41,841 nt of DNA. Source: Bdellovibrionota bacterium. GTDB lineage: Bacteria; JAGRBM01. The notes under the pieces were generated by a model. That model did not search any database and was not told the DNA's origin. It saw only the letters and a list, made by a program, of their open reading frames with translations. The stretch lies in contig JBFLVN010000003.1 of assembly GCA_040758475.1 (NCBI GenBank), positions 1 to 41,841 of the forward strand, given 5' to 3'. How positions within the stretch are numbered: position 1 is the stretch's first letter; each line of letters begins with the position of its first letter. A program made the position numbers and the translations under genes. This document shows positions 9,644-18,857 of this stretch, one piece after another.

Positions 9644-10144
9644 ATGAGCAACGCCGAAGAGAAATTCAGCGATCAAACGCTCGCCAAAATGAAAGAGGCG
9701 ATCGCGGAGTATCCCGACAAGGCCTCCGCCGTGCTTCCGGTCCTTCAGCTCATCCAGAAGGAAAAGGGATGGGTGAGTCCCGCTTCCCAGCGTTTTACGG
9801 CCGAGCTTCTCTCCATTTCGCCCGCCCGAGTGAAGGAAGTCGTGACCTTCTATACGATGTTCCACCAGCAACCGGTCGGGAAGTATCACATCCAGGTCTG
9901 CACGAACATCTCCTGCTCCCTGCGGGGCGGCGAGGAAATCTTCGCCCACTGCCAGAAGAAACTGGGACTCAAGGGCCACAAGGACGTAACCCCGGACGGG
10001 CTTTTCAGCCTCGAACACGTCGAATGCCTGGCCGCTTGCGAGAGGGCCCCGGCCATGCTCTTGGGCGAGAATTACAAAATGGAGCTCACGATTGAAAAAG
10101 TCGATGAGATCATCGATCGCTGCAAGAAGGAGGGCTCGCACTGA
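9644..10144 (+). CDS. nuoE: NADH-quinone oxidoreductase subunit E
   Basis: VVTFYTMF and the [2Fe-2S] motif CTNISC...CLAAC. ATG at 9644, just after the nuoD stop. Confidence 0.96.
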   Translation: MSNAEEKFSDQTLAKMKEAIAEYPDKASAVLPVLQLIQKEKGWVSPASQRFTAELLSISPARVKEVVTFYTMFHQQPVGKYHIQVCTNISCSLRGGEEIFAHCQKKLGLKGHKDVTPDGLFSLEHVECLAACERAPAMLLGENYKMELTIEKVDEIIDRCKKEGSH

Positions 10145-11409
10145 TGGAGAAAGTCATCAGCGCCCTCTGGAGCGTCCCCGGCGCCAATACGCTGGAAGTC
10201 TACAAGAAGCACGGCGGCTACGAGGCCGCCAAGGAAGTTCTCTCTTCCTGGACGCCCGAAAAACTCATCGAACACGTAAAGGCTTCGGGCCTTCGCGGCC
10301 GGGGCGGGGCGGGCTTCCCCACGGGCATGAAATGGAGCTTCATCAACCGGGGAAGCCCCAAGCCCAAGTACGTCTGCATCAACGCCGACGAGAGCGAGCC
10401 CGGCACGGCCAAGGACCGCTATATCCTCGAACTCACCCCCCACTTACTCATCGAAGGCACTCTGATCTGCGCCAAAGCCATCGATTGCCATCATGCTTTT
10501 ATCTATTGCCGGGGTGAATTCTACGACCAGATCGCCATTCTCAAGAAGGCCCTGGCCGAAGCGAAAGCCGCCGGCATCGTGGGGAAGAACGCCCTGGGCT
10601 CCGGCTATGACATCCAGATTACCGTCCATTCGGGCTTTGGCGCCTACATCTGCGGCGAAGAAACAGGCCTCATCGAATCTCTCGAAGGGAAGAAGGGCCA
10701 GCCCCGCATCAAGCCCCCCTTCCCCGCCGTGGTCGGCCTTTACAACTGCCCCACGGTGGTCAACAACGTGGAAACGGCCGCCGCACTTCCGTGGATCATC
10801 AAACACGCGCCCGAGGAGTATAAGAAATTCGGCACCGAAAAGAGCGGCGGTACGAAGCTCCTGAGCATCTCGGGCCACGTGAACAAGCCCGGCACGTACG
10901 AAATCCCCCTGGGCCTGCCCCTTTCGGAATTCATCAATTCGCCCAATTACGGCGGCGGGGTCTGGAAAGGCCGGAAATTGAAGGCCTGCATCCCCGGTGG
11001 CAGTTCCGTTCCCATCCTGACGGCTGCGGAAGTCGAAAAAACGAACATCGATTACGAATCCTGCGCGGCTAACGGCACCATGCTGGGGTCTGGCGGTTGC
11101 ATCGTGATGGACGAGACGACGGACATGGTCCATTCGCTCCGCATCCTGGGCCATTTCTACTCCCACGAGAGCTGCGGCCAGTGCACCCCCTGCCGGACGG
11201 GGACGAATTGGGCCCACCGGATTCTCTGCCGCATCGATGACGGCGAAGGGCGGCCCGAGGACGTGGACGAACTCCTCAAGATCGCCAACAACATGGTGGG
11301 CCGGACGATCTGCCCCCTGGCGGACGCGCTCGCCATGCCGATCAAGAGCTTCCTCACAAAGTTCCGCTCCGAGTTCGACAAGAAGGCCCGAAGGGAAAAA
11401 GCGGCTTAA
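10144..11409 (+). CDS. nuoF: NADH-quinone oxidoreductase subunit F
   Basis: GLRGRGGAGF, NADESEPG, YICGEET and ESCGQCTPC...C (N3) motifs. Confidence 0.98.
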   Translation: MEKVISALWSVPGANTLEVYKKHGGYEAAKEVLSSWTPEKLIEHVKASGLRGRGGAGFPTGMKWSFINRGSPKPKYVCINADESEPGTAKDRYILELTPHLLIEGTLICAKAIDCHHAFIYCRGEFYDQIAILKKALAEAKAAGIVGKNALGSGYDIQITVHSGFGAYICGEETGLIESLEGKKGQPRIKPPFPAVVGLYNCPTVVNNVETAAALPWIIKHAPEEYKKFGTEKSGGTKLLSISGHVNKPGTYEIPLGLPLSEFINSPNYGGGVWKGRKLKACIPGGSSVPILTAAEVEKTNIDYESCAANGTMLGSGGCIVMDETTDMVHSLRILGHFYSHESCGQCTPCRTGTNWAHRILCRIDDGEGRPEDVDELLKIANNMVGRTICPLADALAMPIKSFLTKFRSEFDKKARREKAA

Positions 11410-11413
11410 TCCC

Positions 11414-13030
11414 ATGCCCAAGATCACCATCGACGGAAAAGAGATCGAAGCCCGTGAGGGGCAGAGCGTCATAGAAGTGGCCCACCAGAATGGCATCTCG
11501 ATCGGCCATTACTGCTGGCACCCGGGCCTCTCTCCCGAGGGGAACTGCCGCATGTGCCTCGTGGAGGTCGAAAAAGCCCCCAAGCTCATGCCCTCCTGCA
11601 TGACCCAGGTGGCCGAGGGGATGGTGGTCCGGACGGAACACGCGAGCCAGAAGGTCCGCGACGCCCAGAAGGACGTGATGGAATTCCTCCTGGTCGATCA
11701 CCCCATCGACTGCCCCATCTGCGATCAAGCTGGCGAGTGCAAGCTGCAAGACTATTACATGAAGTACGACAAGCAGCCCTCGCACGTGCCGCTCGAAACC
11801 AAGATCAAAAAGGAAAAGCGCGTCCATTTCTCCGATCAGGTCGTCTACGACACGGAACGCTGCATCCTGTGCACCCGCTGCGTCCGATTCTGCCGGGAAG
11901 TGGGCGGCCAGGAAGAACTCGGCATGTTCAACCGGGGGGCTATCAGTTTCATCGGCCTCCAGTCAGGCGAACTCCAGAGCCCCTACCAGGGCAACATCGT
12001 AGACATCTGCCCCGTGGGCGCCTTGACGAATAGTGATTTCCGGTTCCGGAAGCGCGTCTGGTTCATGAGTTCTTCCAAGAGCGTTTGCGCCGGGTGCTCC
12101 CGCGGCTGCAACATCCTGACGGACTACGACAAGGAAGAAGTCTTCCGCTACCGCCCCCGGGAAAACCCGGACGTGAACAAATGGTGGATGTGCGATGAGG
12201 GGCGCATGTCCTACAAGCACATTCACGCTGAAGGGCGGGCGCTCGTCCCTCTTCTCCGCCAAGGCGGTGAAGCAGCCGAAAAAACGGGCTGGGACAAGGC
12301 TTTCTCCCGCACCATGGAAATCTTCCAGCTTCTTCACAAGCGCCACGGGGCCGAAGCCATCGCGGCCGTGGGAAGCCCATTCGCCTCCCTCGAAGAGAAC
12401 TTCTTATTGAAGAAATTATTCAATTCATATTTCCCCGGAAGCCCGGTCGCCTTCCCACCAGAAAAGCTCTACCACCAGGGCCAAGGGGACAAATTCCTCA
12501 TCACCGCCGACAAATCCCCCAATGCTCTTGCGGGCTCGCTCTTGGGGCTCTCCGCCCTCGACGCCGTGTTCGATGGGATCGAGAGCGAGAAGATCAAAGC
12601 CCTCTACGTCCTGGGCGATGACTTCCTGATAGACCGCCCCGGAGCCCCCAAAGTGGCTGAACGGGCGGAAAAACTATTTCCGAAACTCTCCTGGCTCGTC
12701 TGCCAGACCCCCTATCTTCACAAGACGGCCCGGATCGCCCACGCCGTCTTCGCGGGCGCTGTTCATGCCGAGACCACCGGAACTTTCGTGAACGTGGACC
12801 GTCGCGCCCAGCGCTTTTTCCAGGCCATCCGCCCACCCGCTCAGGCGCGGGAAGGGATCAAGATTTTGCGGGATTTCGGCACTCTCATGGGCGCGGAGTT
12901 GCCGGATGCGGAAAATCCCGCGGCTTTGTTCGATGCCATGGCCGCGCAGGAGAAATCCCTGAGCGGACTTTCCTGGAATGCCTTGGGAGACCGGGGAATG
13001 CCCCTTCCCTCCCAAGGAGCCCAGAAGTAA
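11414..13030 (+). CDS. nuoG: NADH-quinone oxidoreductase subunit G (short form, 538 aa)
   Basis: CWHPGL..GNCRMC (N1b), HPIDCPICDQAGEC (N5), CILCTRC..CPVG (N4) and CAGCSRGC..WMCD (N7-type). ATG at 11414. Confidence 0.95.
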   Translation: MPKITIDGKEIEAREGQSVIEVAHQNGISIGHYCWHPGLSPEGNCRMCLVEVEKAPKLMPSCMTQVAEGMVVRTEHASQKVRDAQKDVMEFLLVDHPIDCPICDQAGECKLQDYYMKYDKQPSHVPLETKIKKEKRVHFSDQVVYDTERCILCTRCVRFCREVGGQEELGMFNRGAISFIGLQSGELQSPYQGNIVDICPVGALTNSDFRFRKRVWFMSSSKSVCAGCSRGCNILTDYDKEEVFRYRPRENPDVNKWWMCDEGRMSYKHIHAEGRALVPLLRQGGEAAEKTGWDKAFSRTMEIFQLLHKRHGAEAIAAVGSPFASLEENFLLKKLFNSYFPGSPVAFPPEKLYHQGQGDKFLITADKSPNALAGSLLGLSALDAVFDGIESEKIKALYVLGDDFLIDRPGAPKVAERAEKLFPKLSWLVCQTPYLHKTARIAHAVFAGAVHAETTGTFVNVDRRAQRFFQAIRPPAQAREGIKILRDFGTLMGAELPDAENPAALFDAMAAQEKSLSGLSWNALGDRGMPLPSQGAQK

Positions 13031-13078
13031 AAGAGGCGCGCCGGCGGGAAGCGGCGCTACGGGGAACCGTTAACCATC

Positions 13079-14353
13079 ATGTTGCTCGATCTCACCATGG
13101 TCCTTGTGCGGATCGCCCTGATGCTCCTCGTGGTGCTTCAGGTGATCCCCCTGCTCATCTGGTGGGAACGAAAGGTGAGCGCCTACATCCAGAGCCGCCG
13201 GGGGCCCGCCTATGCCTCCGCCGGGCCTCTTCGTCTCTTCGGCATCGTCCACACCCTGACGGACGTCGTAAAGCTCATCGGGAAGGAAGACATCACCCCC
13301 TCCCAGGCGAACAAGCCCTTCCACTTCATCGCCCCGGCCATCGCCATGTTCGTGGCGCTTCTTACCTTTGCCGTTGTTCCCTACAGTGGTTCGGTGGTCA
13401 TCGACGGGCGGGAATTTTCACTTCAAGCCGCCAATCTCAATGCTGGAATCCTCTACATCCTCGCCATCGCGTCGCTAGGGGTTTACGGAATCCTGCTCGC
13501 CGCCTGGAGCAGCAACAACAAGTACACGATCCTGGGAGGCCTGCGCTCCTCGTCCCAACTTGTGAGCTACGAACTCGTCATGAGCCTCGCTCTCGTCGGC
13601 GCGCTCATGGTCTACGGTTCCCTGGAACTGGGTAAAGCCGTCACCCACCAGTCAGGCCCCTTCTGGCACTGGGGCGCCGTCGTCCAGCCCGTCGCGGCGC
13701 TCCTCTTCATCGTCTGCGCCTTTGCCGAGACGAACCGCAATCCTTTCGATCTTCCCGAAGGCGAAAGCGAGATCGTGGCCGGGTACCACGTGGAGTATTC
13801 GAGCCTCCGGTTCGCCCTCTTCTTCATGGCCGAATACGCCAACATGATCGTCGCTTCGGGCGTCATCGCGACGCTCTTCTTCGGTGGATACGAAATTCCG
13901 TTCCTCCCCACGGAAACCCTCCGGGCCAATGCGGCCCCCATTCTCCGGATCGTTCTCCTCGCGACTGCCGCTGGAGGAACTTTGGCTGGCCTTTTCTTTG
14001 GCTATCTCTTCTTCCAAGGAAACGAGCGGGGCCCCCGCGACCCGGACGCCGCCGCCCTGGCCGTGCTCTTTGGCTTCGGGCCCGCCGTGGCGGCCGGAGC
14101 CGTGCTCGCGCTTACGGGTGGCGGCCACTTCGAATTCGGGCCCACCGGCGCATCCCTCGTCGCCGCGGTTCTACAATTTGCCTGCTTCATGGCGAAGCTT
14201 CTTTTCTTCGCCTTCCTCTTTATCTGGGTCCGCTGGACTCTTCCGCGATTCCGGTACGACCAGCTCATGCGCCTCGGATGGAAGTACATGCTTCCCCTGG
14301 CGCTCCTGAACGTCCTGGCAACCGCATTCATTCTCGAAAGGATGGCGAAGTAA
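13079..14353 (+). CDS. nuoH: NADH-quinone oxidoreductase subunit H (long, 424 aa)
   Basis: WERKVSA, GGLRSSSQLVSYE, AETNRNPFDLPEGESE and WVRWTLPRFRYDQLM motifs. Confidence 0.97.
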   Translation: MLLDLTMVLVRIALMLLVVLQVIPLLIWWERKVSAYIQSRRGPAYASAGPLRLFGIVHTLTDVVKLIGKEDITPSQANKPFHFIAPAIAMFVALLTFAVVPYSGSVVIDGREFSLQAANLNAGILYILAIASLGVYGILLAAWSSNNKYTILGGLRSSSQLVSYELVMSLALVGALMVYGSLELGKAVTHQSGPFWHWGAVVQPVAALLFIVCAFAETNRNPFDLPEGESEIVAGYHVEYSSLRFALFFMAEYANMIVASGVIATLFFGGYEIPFLPTETLRANAAPILRIVLLATAAGGTLAGLFFGYLFFQGNERGPRDPDAAALAVLFGFGPAVAAGAVLALTGGGHFEFGPTGASLVAAVLQFACFMAKLLFFAFLFIWVRWTLPRFRYDQLMRLGWKYMLPLALLNVLATAFILERMAK

Positions 14354-14357
14354 GGCC

Positions 14358-14873
14358 ATGACCGGCTCCGCCCTCCTCTTCTACGTCTTCGGCGCCCTGG
14401 CGCTCGCTTCGGCCGTCCTCGTTGTTACGGGAAAAAACGCCATTGCTTCCGCCGTTTACCTCGTCGTGGCCTTCTTCAATCTGGCGGGGCTTTACGTGCT
14501 CCTCGAAGCCCATTTCCTCGCGGCTTCTCAAATTCTCGTTTACGCGGGGGCCATCACGGTTCTGATCCTCTTCGTGATCATGCTACTCGACGTAAGCCAA
14601 CTCGTGCGGCTCCAAGGGAGCCGCAATGCCATCGCCCGGTCGCTTGGAATCGTCCTGGCCGGGCTTTTCGCCATCCTCCTTGCAAGCCAACTAGCCCCCG
14701 GCGAAGTGGGGTTTCCCGAAAAACTCCCCGAAGGATTCGGCACGGTCGAATCCATCGGCGATCTCCTGTTCGACCGCTACCTTCTCGCTTTTGAACTCGT
14801 AAGCGTTCTTCTCCTTGCGGCCATCGTGGCCGCGGTGGCCATCGCCCACCGGGAAGGGGAAAGCACGCCGTGA
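14358..14873 (+). CDS. nuoJ: NADH-quinone oxidoreductase subunit J (module 2)
   Basis: QILVYAGAITVLILFVIMLL and YLLAFELVSVLLL motifs. Confidence 0.96.
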   Translation: MTGSALLFYVFGALALASAVLVVTGKNAIASAVYLVVAFFNLAGLYVLLEAHFLAASQILVYAGAITVLILFVIMLLDVSQLVRLQGSRNAIARSLGIVLAGLFAILLASQLAPGEVGFPEKLPEGFGTVESIGDLLFDRYLLAFELVSVLLLAAIVAAVAIAHREGESTP

Positions 14874-15175
14874 GCGTCGGCCTCCACCACTATCTCCTTC
14901 TTTCAGCCCTGCTCTTCGTCGTGGGCACGGTGGGCGTCATCACCCGCCGGAACGCCATTGTCGTGCTGATGTCCATCGAGCTCATGCTCAACGGCGTGAA
15001 TCTTTCGCTCGCGGCCTTTTCCCGTTACTGGGGGGATGGAAGCGGCCACGCCCTCGTGATCTTTTCGATCGCCGTGGCGGCCGCCGAAGCCGCTGTGGGC
15101 CTTGCCCTCCTCATCGCTGTTTTCCGGAACCGCCAGAGCGTGGACCTGGAAGATTTGAATCTCTTGAAAGGCTGA
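14870..15175 (+). CDS. nuoK: NADH-quinone oxidoreductase subunit K (module 2)
   Basis: RRNAIVVLMSIELMLN and AAAEAAVGLAL. The GTG start overlaps the nuoJ stop. Confidence 0.96.
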   Translation: MSVGLHHYLLLSALLFVVGTVGVITRRNAIVVLMSIELMLNGVNLSLAAFSRYWGDGSGHALVIFSIAVAAAEAAVGLALLIAVFRNRQSVDLEDLNLLKG

Positions 15176-15179
15176 ACCC

Positions 15180-17219
15180 TTGCACGAAGCTTCCCAAATC
15201 CAGGCCCAGTGGCTCCTTCTCCTGCCGCTCCTCCCGCTGATCGGGTTCGCGGTGAACGGCGGGGCGGTTCTGCTTGGCCGCTCGCTTCCTGAAAAGCGCG
15301 CGGCGGCCATCGCCTGCTCGCTCGTTTTGGGATCGGCGCTTCTGGCGACGGCAGCGTTCCTGCGCGTCCTTGGGGCGGACGAGCCCATCCACCTCGTGGC
15401 CGACGGCTGGCATTGGATTGCCGCCGGGAGGCTCGACCTGCCGATCTTGCTCGTAGTGGACCGGCTCTCGGGCCTCTTCATCATGGTGATCTGCTGGATC
15501 GGCCTGCTCATCCACATTTATTCGGCCGGCTACATGCACGGCGATCCGGGGTTCGGCCGCTTCTTCGCCTACTTGAACCTCTTTATGTTCTCCATGCTCG
15601 TCCTGGTCCTGGGTGGCAGTCTCCCCATCCTCTTTGTGGGTTGGGAAGGCGTTGGCCTCTGCTCCTACCTCCTCATCGGCTTCTGGTACGAGCACCTGCC
15701 CAACGCCCAGGCCGGAAAGAAAGCCTTCGTCGTCAACCGGATCGGGGACTTCGGGTTCCTCCTCGGTATGTTCGTCCTCTTCTGGGCTGCCTGGAAGGCG
15801 GGCGCGCCGTCCCTGGAGATTCAAAGCCTTTCGCAGTTCATCGACGAGATCAGCGTCCAAAGCGTGACGCTTCTGGGTGTCCCTGTTCGGCTCCCGACGC
15901 TCGCGGCCTTTCTCCTCTTCATCGGTGCCTGCGGAAAGAGCGCCCAGATACCGCTCTACGTCTGGCTTCCCGACGCCATGGCGGGTCCGACACCCGTTTC
16001 CGCCCTCATCCACGCGGCTACCATGGTGACGGCGGGCGTTTACCTCACGGCCCGGCTCCACTTCGTCTACGCCGCGAGCCCCGTCGTGATGACCATCGTC
16101 GCCTGCGTGGGCGCGGCAACCGCCCTGATGGCCGCCACCATCGCCCTCGTTCAAAACGACATCAAGAAAGTGCTGGCCTATTCGACCGTCTCCCAGCTCG
16201 GGTTCATGTTCTTGGGCGTCGGTGCCGGGGCCCCGGCGGCGGGTGTCTTCCACGTCTACACCCACGCGTTCTTCAAGGCCTGTCTGTTCCTGGGTTCTGG
16301 CTCGGTCATGCACGCCCTTGCCAACAACACGGACGTGCGGATCATGGGCGGGCTCCGCAAGAAGATGCCCCACACGTGGCTCACCTTCGGCATCGCCACC
16401 ATCGCCATCGCGGGCGTTCCCGGCTTTTCGGGCTTTTTCTCAAAGGACGAAATCCTCTGGAAAGTCTGGTCCAGCCACACGCTCTTCGTCCCGCCCATCG
16501 TTCCGGGGCACGAAGCGCTCACGCATCTTCTTCCGCCCCTGCTCTGGAGCGTGGCTTGCGTCGCGGCCTTCTGCACGGCCTTCTACATGGGGCGGGTTTT
16601 CCTGCTCACCTTCCACGGGAAATCCCGCACGCCCCACGACATCGAGCACCACATCCACGAATCCCCCGCCAGCATGACGGGCGTTTTGTGGACGCTGGCC
16701 ATCGGTTCGATTCTCGCGGGCTATGTGGGAGTCCCTCATTTCCTGGGCGGTCACAACCGGATCGAAGGCTGGTTGGGAGCGGTACTGGGTGCCGTTCACG
16801 GCGAGGAAAGCGCCACTATCGTCCACGAAGGATCGGCCGAAGCGCTCCTGGCGGGGCTTTCCTCCCTCATCGGCATTGGCGGCCTTGCCCTCGCCTGGTT
16901 CTTCTACATCGCAAAGCCCGAAATCCCGGGGAAAATCGCGGGCGCCTTCCAGTCCACCTACCGGGTGCTCTCGAACAAGTACTACGTGGATGAGTTTTAC
17001 GAGGCCGTCTTCGTAACGCCCGTCCGGAAATTCTCCGAAGCGGCTCTCTGGAAAGTGGCGGACGTCCAACTCATCGACGGCCTTGTCCGCGGCGCGGGAA
17101 GGGCCTCCCAGGCCGTGGGCCGGGCCTTCGCCCGCATCGAAAACGGATTTGCGAGCAGCTATGCCGCCGCCATGTTGCTTGGGGCCGTACTGGTGGCCGG
17201 GTATCTGGCGCTTCGCTGA
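15180..17219 (+). CDS. nuoL: NADH-quinone oxidoreductase subunit L (module 2), normal-length lateral helix
   Basis: Same NuoL signature motifs (GKSAQ..WLPDAMAGPTPVSALIHAATMV, HIHESP, KYYVDE, ENG). The TTG start is somewhat uncertain. Confidence 0.96.
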   Translation: MHEASQIQAQWLLLLPLLPLIGFAVNGGAVLLGRSLPEKRAAAIACSLVLGSALLATAAFLRVLGADEPIHLVADGWHWIAAGRLDLPILLVVDRLSGLFIMVICWIGLLIHIYSAGYMHGDPGFGRFFAYLNLFMFSMLVLVLGGSLPILFVGWEGVGLCSYLLIGFWYEHLPNAQAGKKAFVVNRIGDFGFLLGMFVLFWAAWKAGAPSLEIQSLSQFIDEISVQSVTLLGVPVRLPTLAAFLLFIGACGKSAQIPLYVWLPDAMAGPTPVSALIHAATMVTAGVYLTARLHFVYAASPVVMTIVACVGAATALMAATIALVQNDIKKVLAYSTVSQLGFMFLGVGAGAPAAGVFHVYTHAFFKACLFLGSGSVMHALANNTDVRIMGGLRKKMPHTWLTFGIATIAIAGVPGFSGFFSKDEILWKVWSSHTLFVPPIVPGHEALTHLLPPLLWSVACVAAFCTAFYMGRVFLLTFHGKSRTPHDIEHHIHESPASMTGVLWTLAIGSILAGYVGVPHFLGGHNRIEGWLGAVLGAVHGEESATIVHEGSAEALLAGLSSLIGIGGLALAWFFYIAKPEIPGKIAGAFQSTYRVLSNKYYVDEFYEAVFVTPVRKFSEAALWKVADVQLIDGLVRGAGRASQAVGRAFARIENGFASSYAAAMLLGAVLVAGYLALR

Positions 17220-17222
17220 GGA

Positions 17223-18845
17223 ATGAAAATGCCCGTTCTTTCCATCATCTTGTTCCTCCCCTCGGTGACCGCCGTCGCGATCCTCCTTTTCGGCCGCGGC
17301 GAGTCGGGCGCATCCATTGCCCGGGCCCTCGCGCTCCTGGGTTCTGCGGCGGCTTTCCTTCTCTCGCTTACCCTCTGGGCCGGTTTCGACGCCGCGACCG
17401 CGCAAATGCAGTTCGCCGAAGCCTTCCGGTGGCTTCCCTCCTGGGGAATCTCCTACCGGCTCGGCGTCGATGGCATGTCGCTCCTCTACGTGATTCTCAC
17501 CACGTTCCTTACGCCCATCGTCGTCCTGGCGGGATTTTCTGCCGTCGAGCGGCGCGTCCCGCTCTACATGGCCTCGCTCCTTTTCCTCGAAACGGGGATG
17601 CTCGGCGCGTTCCTAGCGACCGATCTCGTCCTCTTCTACATTTTCTGGGAAGCCATGCTGATCCCCATGTACCTCCTCATCGGAGTCTGGGGCGGCGAGC
17701 GGAGAATCTACGCGGCGGTCAAGTTCTTCCTCTACACGATGGCCGGTTCCGTCCTCATGCTGCTCGCCATCGTGGCCCTGGCCTACTTGCACTACGAATC
17801 CTCGGGCGAAATTTCCTTTAACCTCGCCCACCTTCTTAGAACTTCCATCGCCTACGAGAATCAGCGCTGGCTCTTTGGCGCCTTTGCTTTCGCTTTCGCA
17901 ATCAAAGTCCCCCTCTTCCCGCTCCACACGTGGCTCCCCGACGCCCACGTGGAAGCGCCGACGGGGGGATCGGTCATCCTGGCGGGCGTTCTCCTCAAAC
18001 TGGGAACCTACGGCCTTGTCCGTTTCGCCTTCCCCCTCTTCCCGGCGGCGGCGGTCACTTTCGCCCCCTGGCTCTCGCTTTTAGCCGTGATCGGCGTGAT
18101 CTACGGGGCTCTCGTCGCCCTTGTGCAGCCCGACATTAAAAAGCTCGTCGCCTATTCGAGCGTCAGCCACCTGGGCTTTTGCGTTCTTGGCATCTGCGCC
18201 TTTACCCCCGAAGCCCTGGAGGGAGCGCTCTACCAGGGCCTAAACCACGGCCTTTCGACGGGCGCCCTCTTCCTCCTCGTGGGCGTTCTCTACGAGCGCC
18301 GCCACACGCGGGAGATCGCCCAGTTCGGCGGCCTCGCGAAAGTCATCCCTCTCTATGCCGCCGCCCTCGTGGCCGTGAGCCTCTCTTCCATCGCCCTGCC
18401 AGGGACCAACGGCTTCGTAGGCGAATTCCTGATTCTCCTTGGGACTTTCACGGGCAACGTGCCCAAGACGACTTACATGGCCGCCGGGGCGGCCCTTGGG
18501 GTCATCCTGGGCGCCGTCTACATGCTCTGGACCGTCCAGCGGGTGCTCTTCGGGCCCGTCACCCATGCCGTCAACGAAAAACTCCCGGACCTCACGAAGC
18601 GAGAGCAGTTCTATCTTGCGCCCGTGCTGGTTCTCATTTTCATAATGGGCGTCGTACCCGGGCCGTTCCTCAAGACGTTCAAGGCCAGTACGAAGGAATT
18701 CCTGGATCGCTTCAGCAAGACGGCCGTTCTGGCGAGCCTTCCGGAGGCGGATGCTTCCGGAAGAGCCCAGGTGAGCCAAATTCTTTCCAAATGGAAAGAA
18801 GATTCCCGAAGCGAAGTGGCCTCGGCCGATTCGGCTTCCAAGTAG
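17223..18845 (+). CDS. nuoM: NADH-quinone oxidoreductase subunit M (module 2)
   Basis: FYIFWE, AIKVPLFPLHTWLPDAHVEAP, LLKLG and NGFVGE motifs, plus a polar C-terminal tail. Confidence 0.97.
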   Translation: MKMPVLSIILFLPSVTAVAILLFGRGESGASIARALALLGSAAAFLLSLTLWAGFDAATAQMQFAEAFRWLPSWGISYRLGVDGMSLLYVILTTFLTPIVVLAGFSAVERRVPLYMASLLFLETGMLGAFLATDLVLFYIFWEAMLIPMYLLIGVWGGERRIYAAVKFFLYTMAGSVLMLLAIVALAYLHYESSGEISFNLAHLLRTSIAYENQRWLFGAFAFAFAIKVPLFPLHTWLPDAHVEAPTGGSVILAGVLLKLGTYGLVRFAFPLFPAAAVTFAPWLSLLAVIGVIYGALVALVQPDIKKLVAYSSVSHLGFCVLGICAFTPEALEGALYQGLNHGLSTGALFLLVGVLYERRHTREIAQFGGLAKVIPLYAAALVAVSLSSIALPGTNGFVGEFLILLGTFTGNVPKTTYMAAGAALGVILGAVYMLWTVQRVLFGPVTHAVNEKLPDLTKREQFYLAPVLVLIFIMGVVPGPFLKTFKASTKEFLDRFSKTAVLASLPEADASGRAQVSQILSKWKEDSRSEVASADSASK

Positions 18846-18857
18846 GACAAAAGCACC

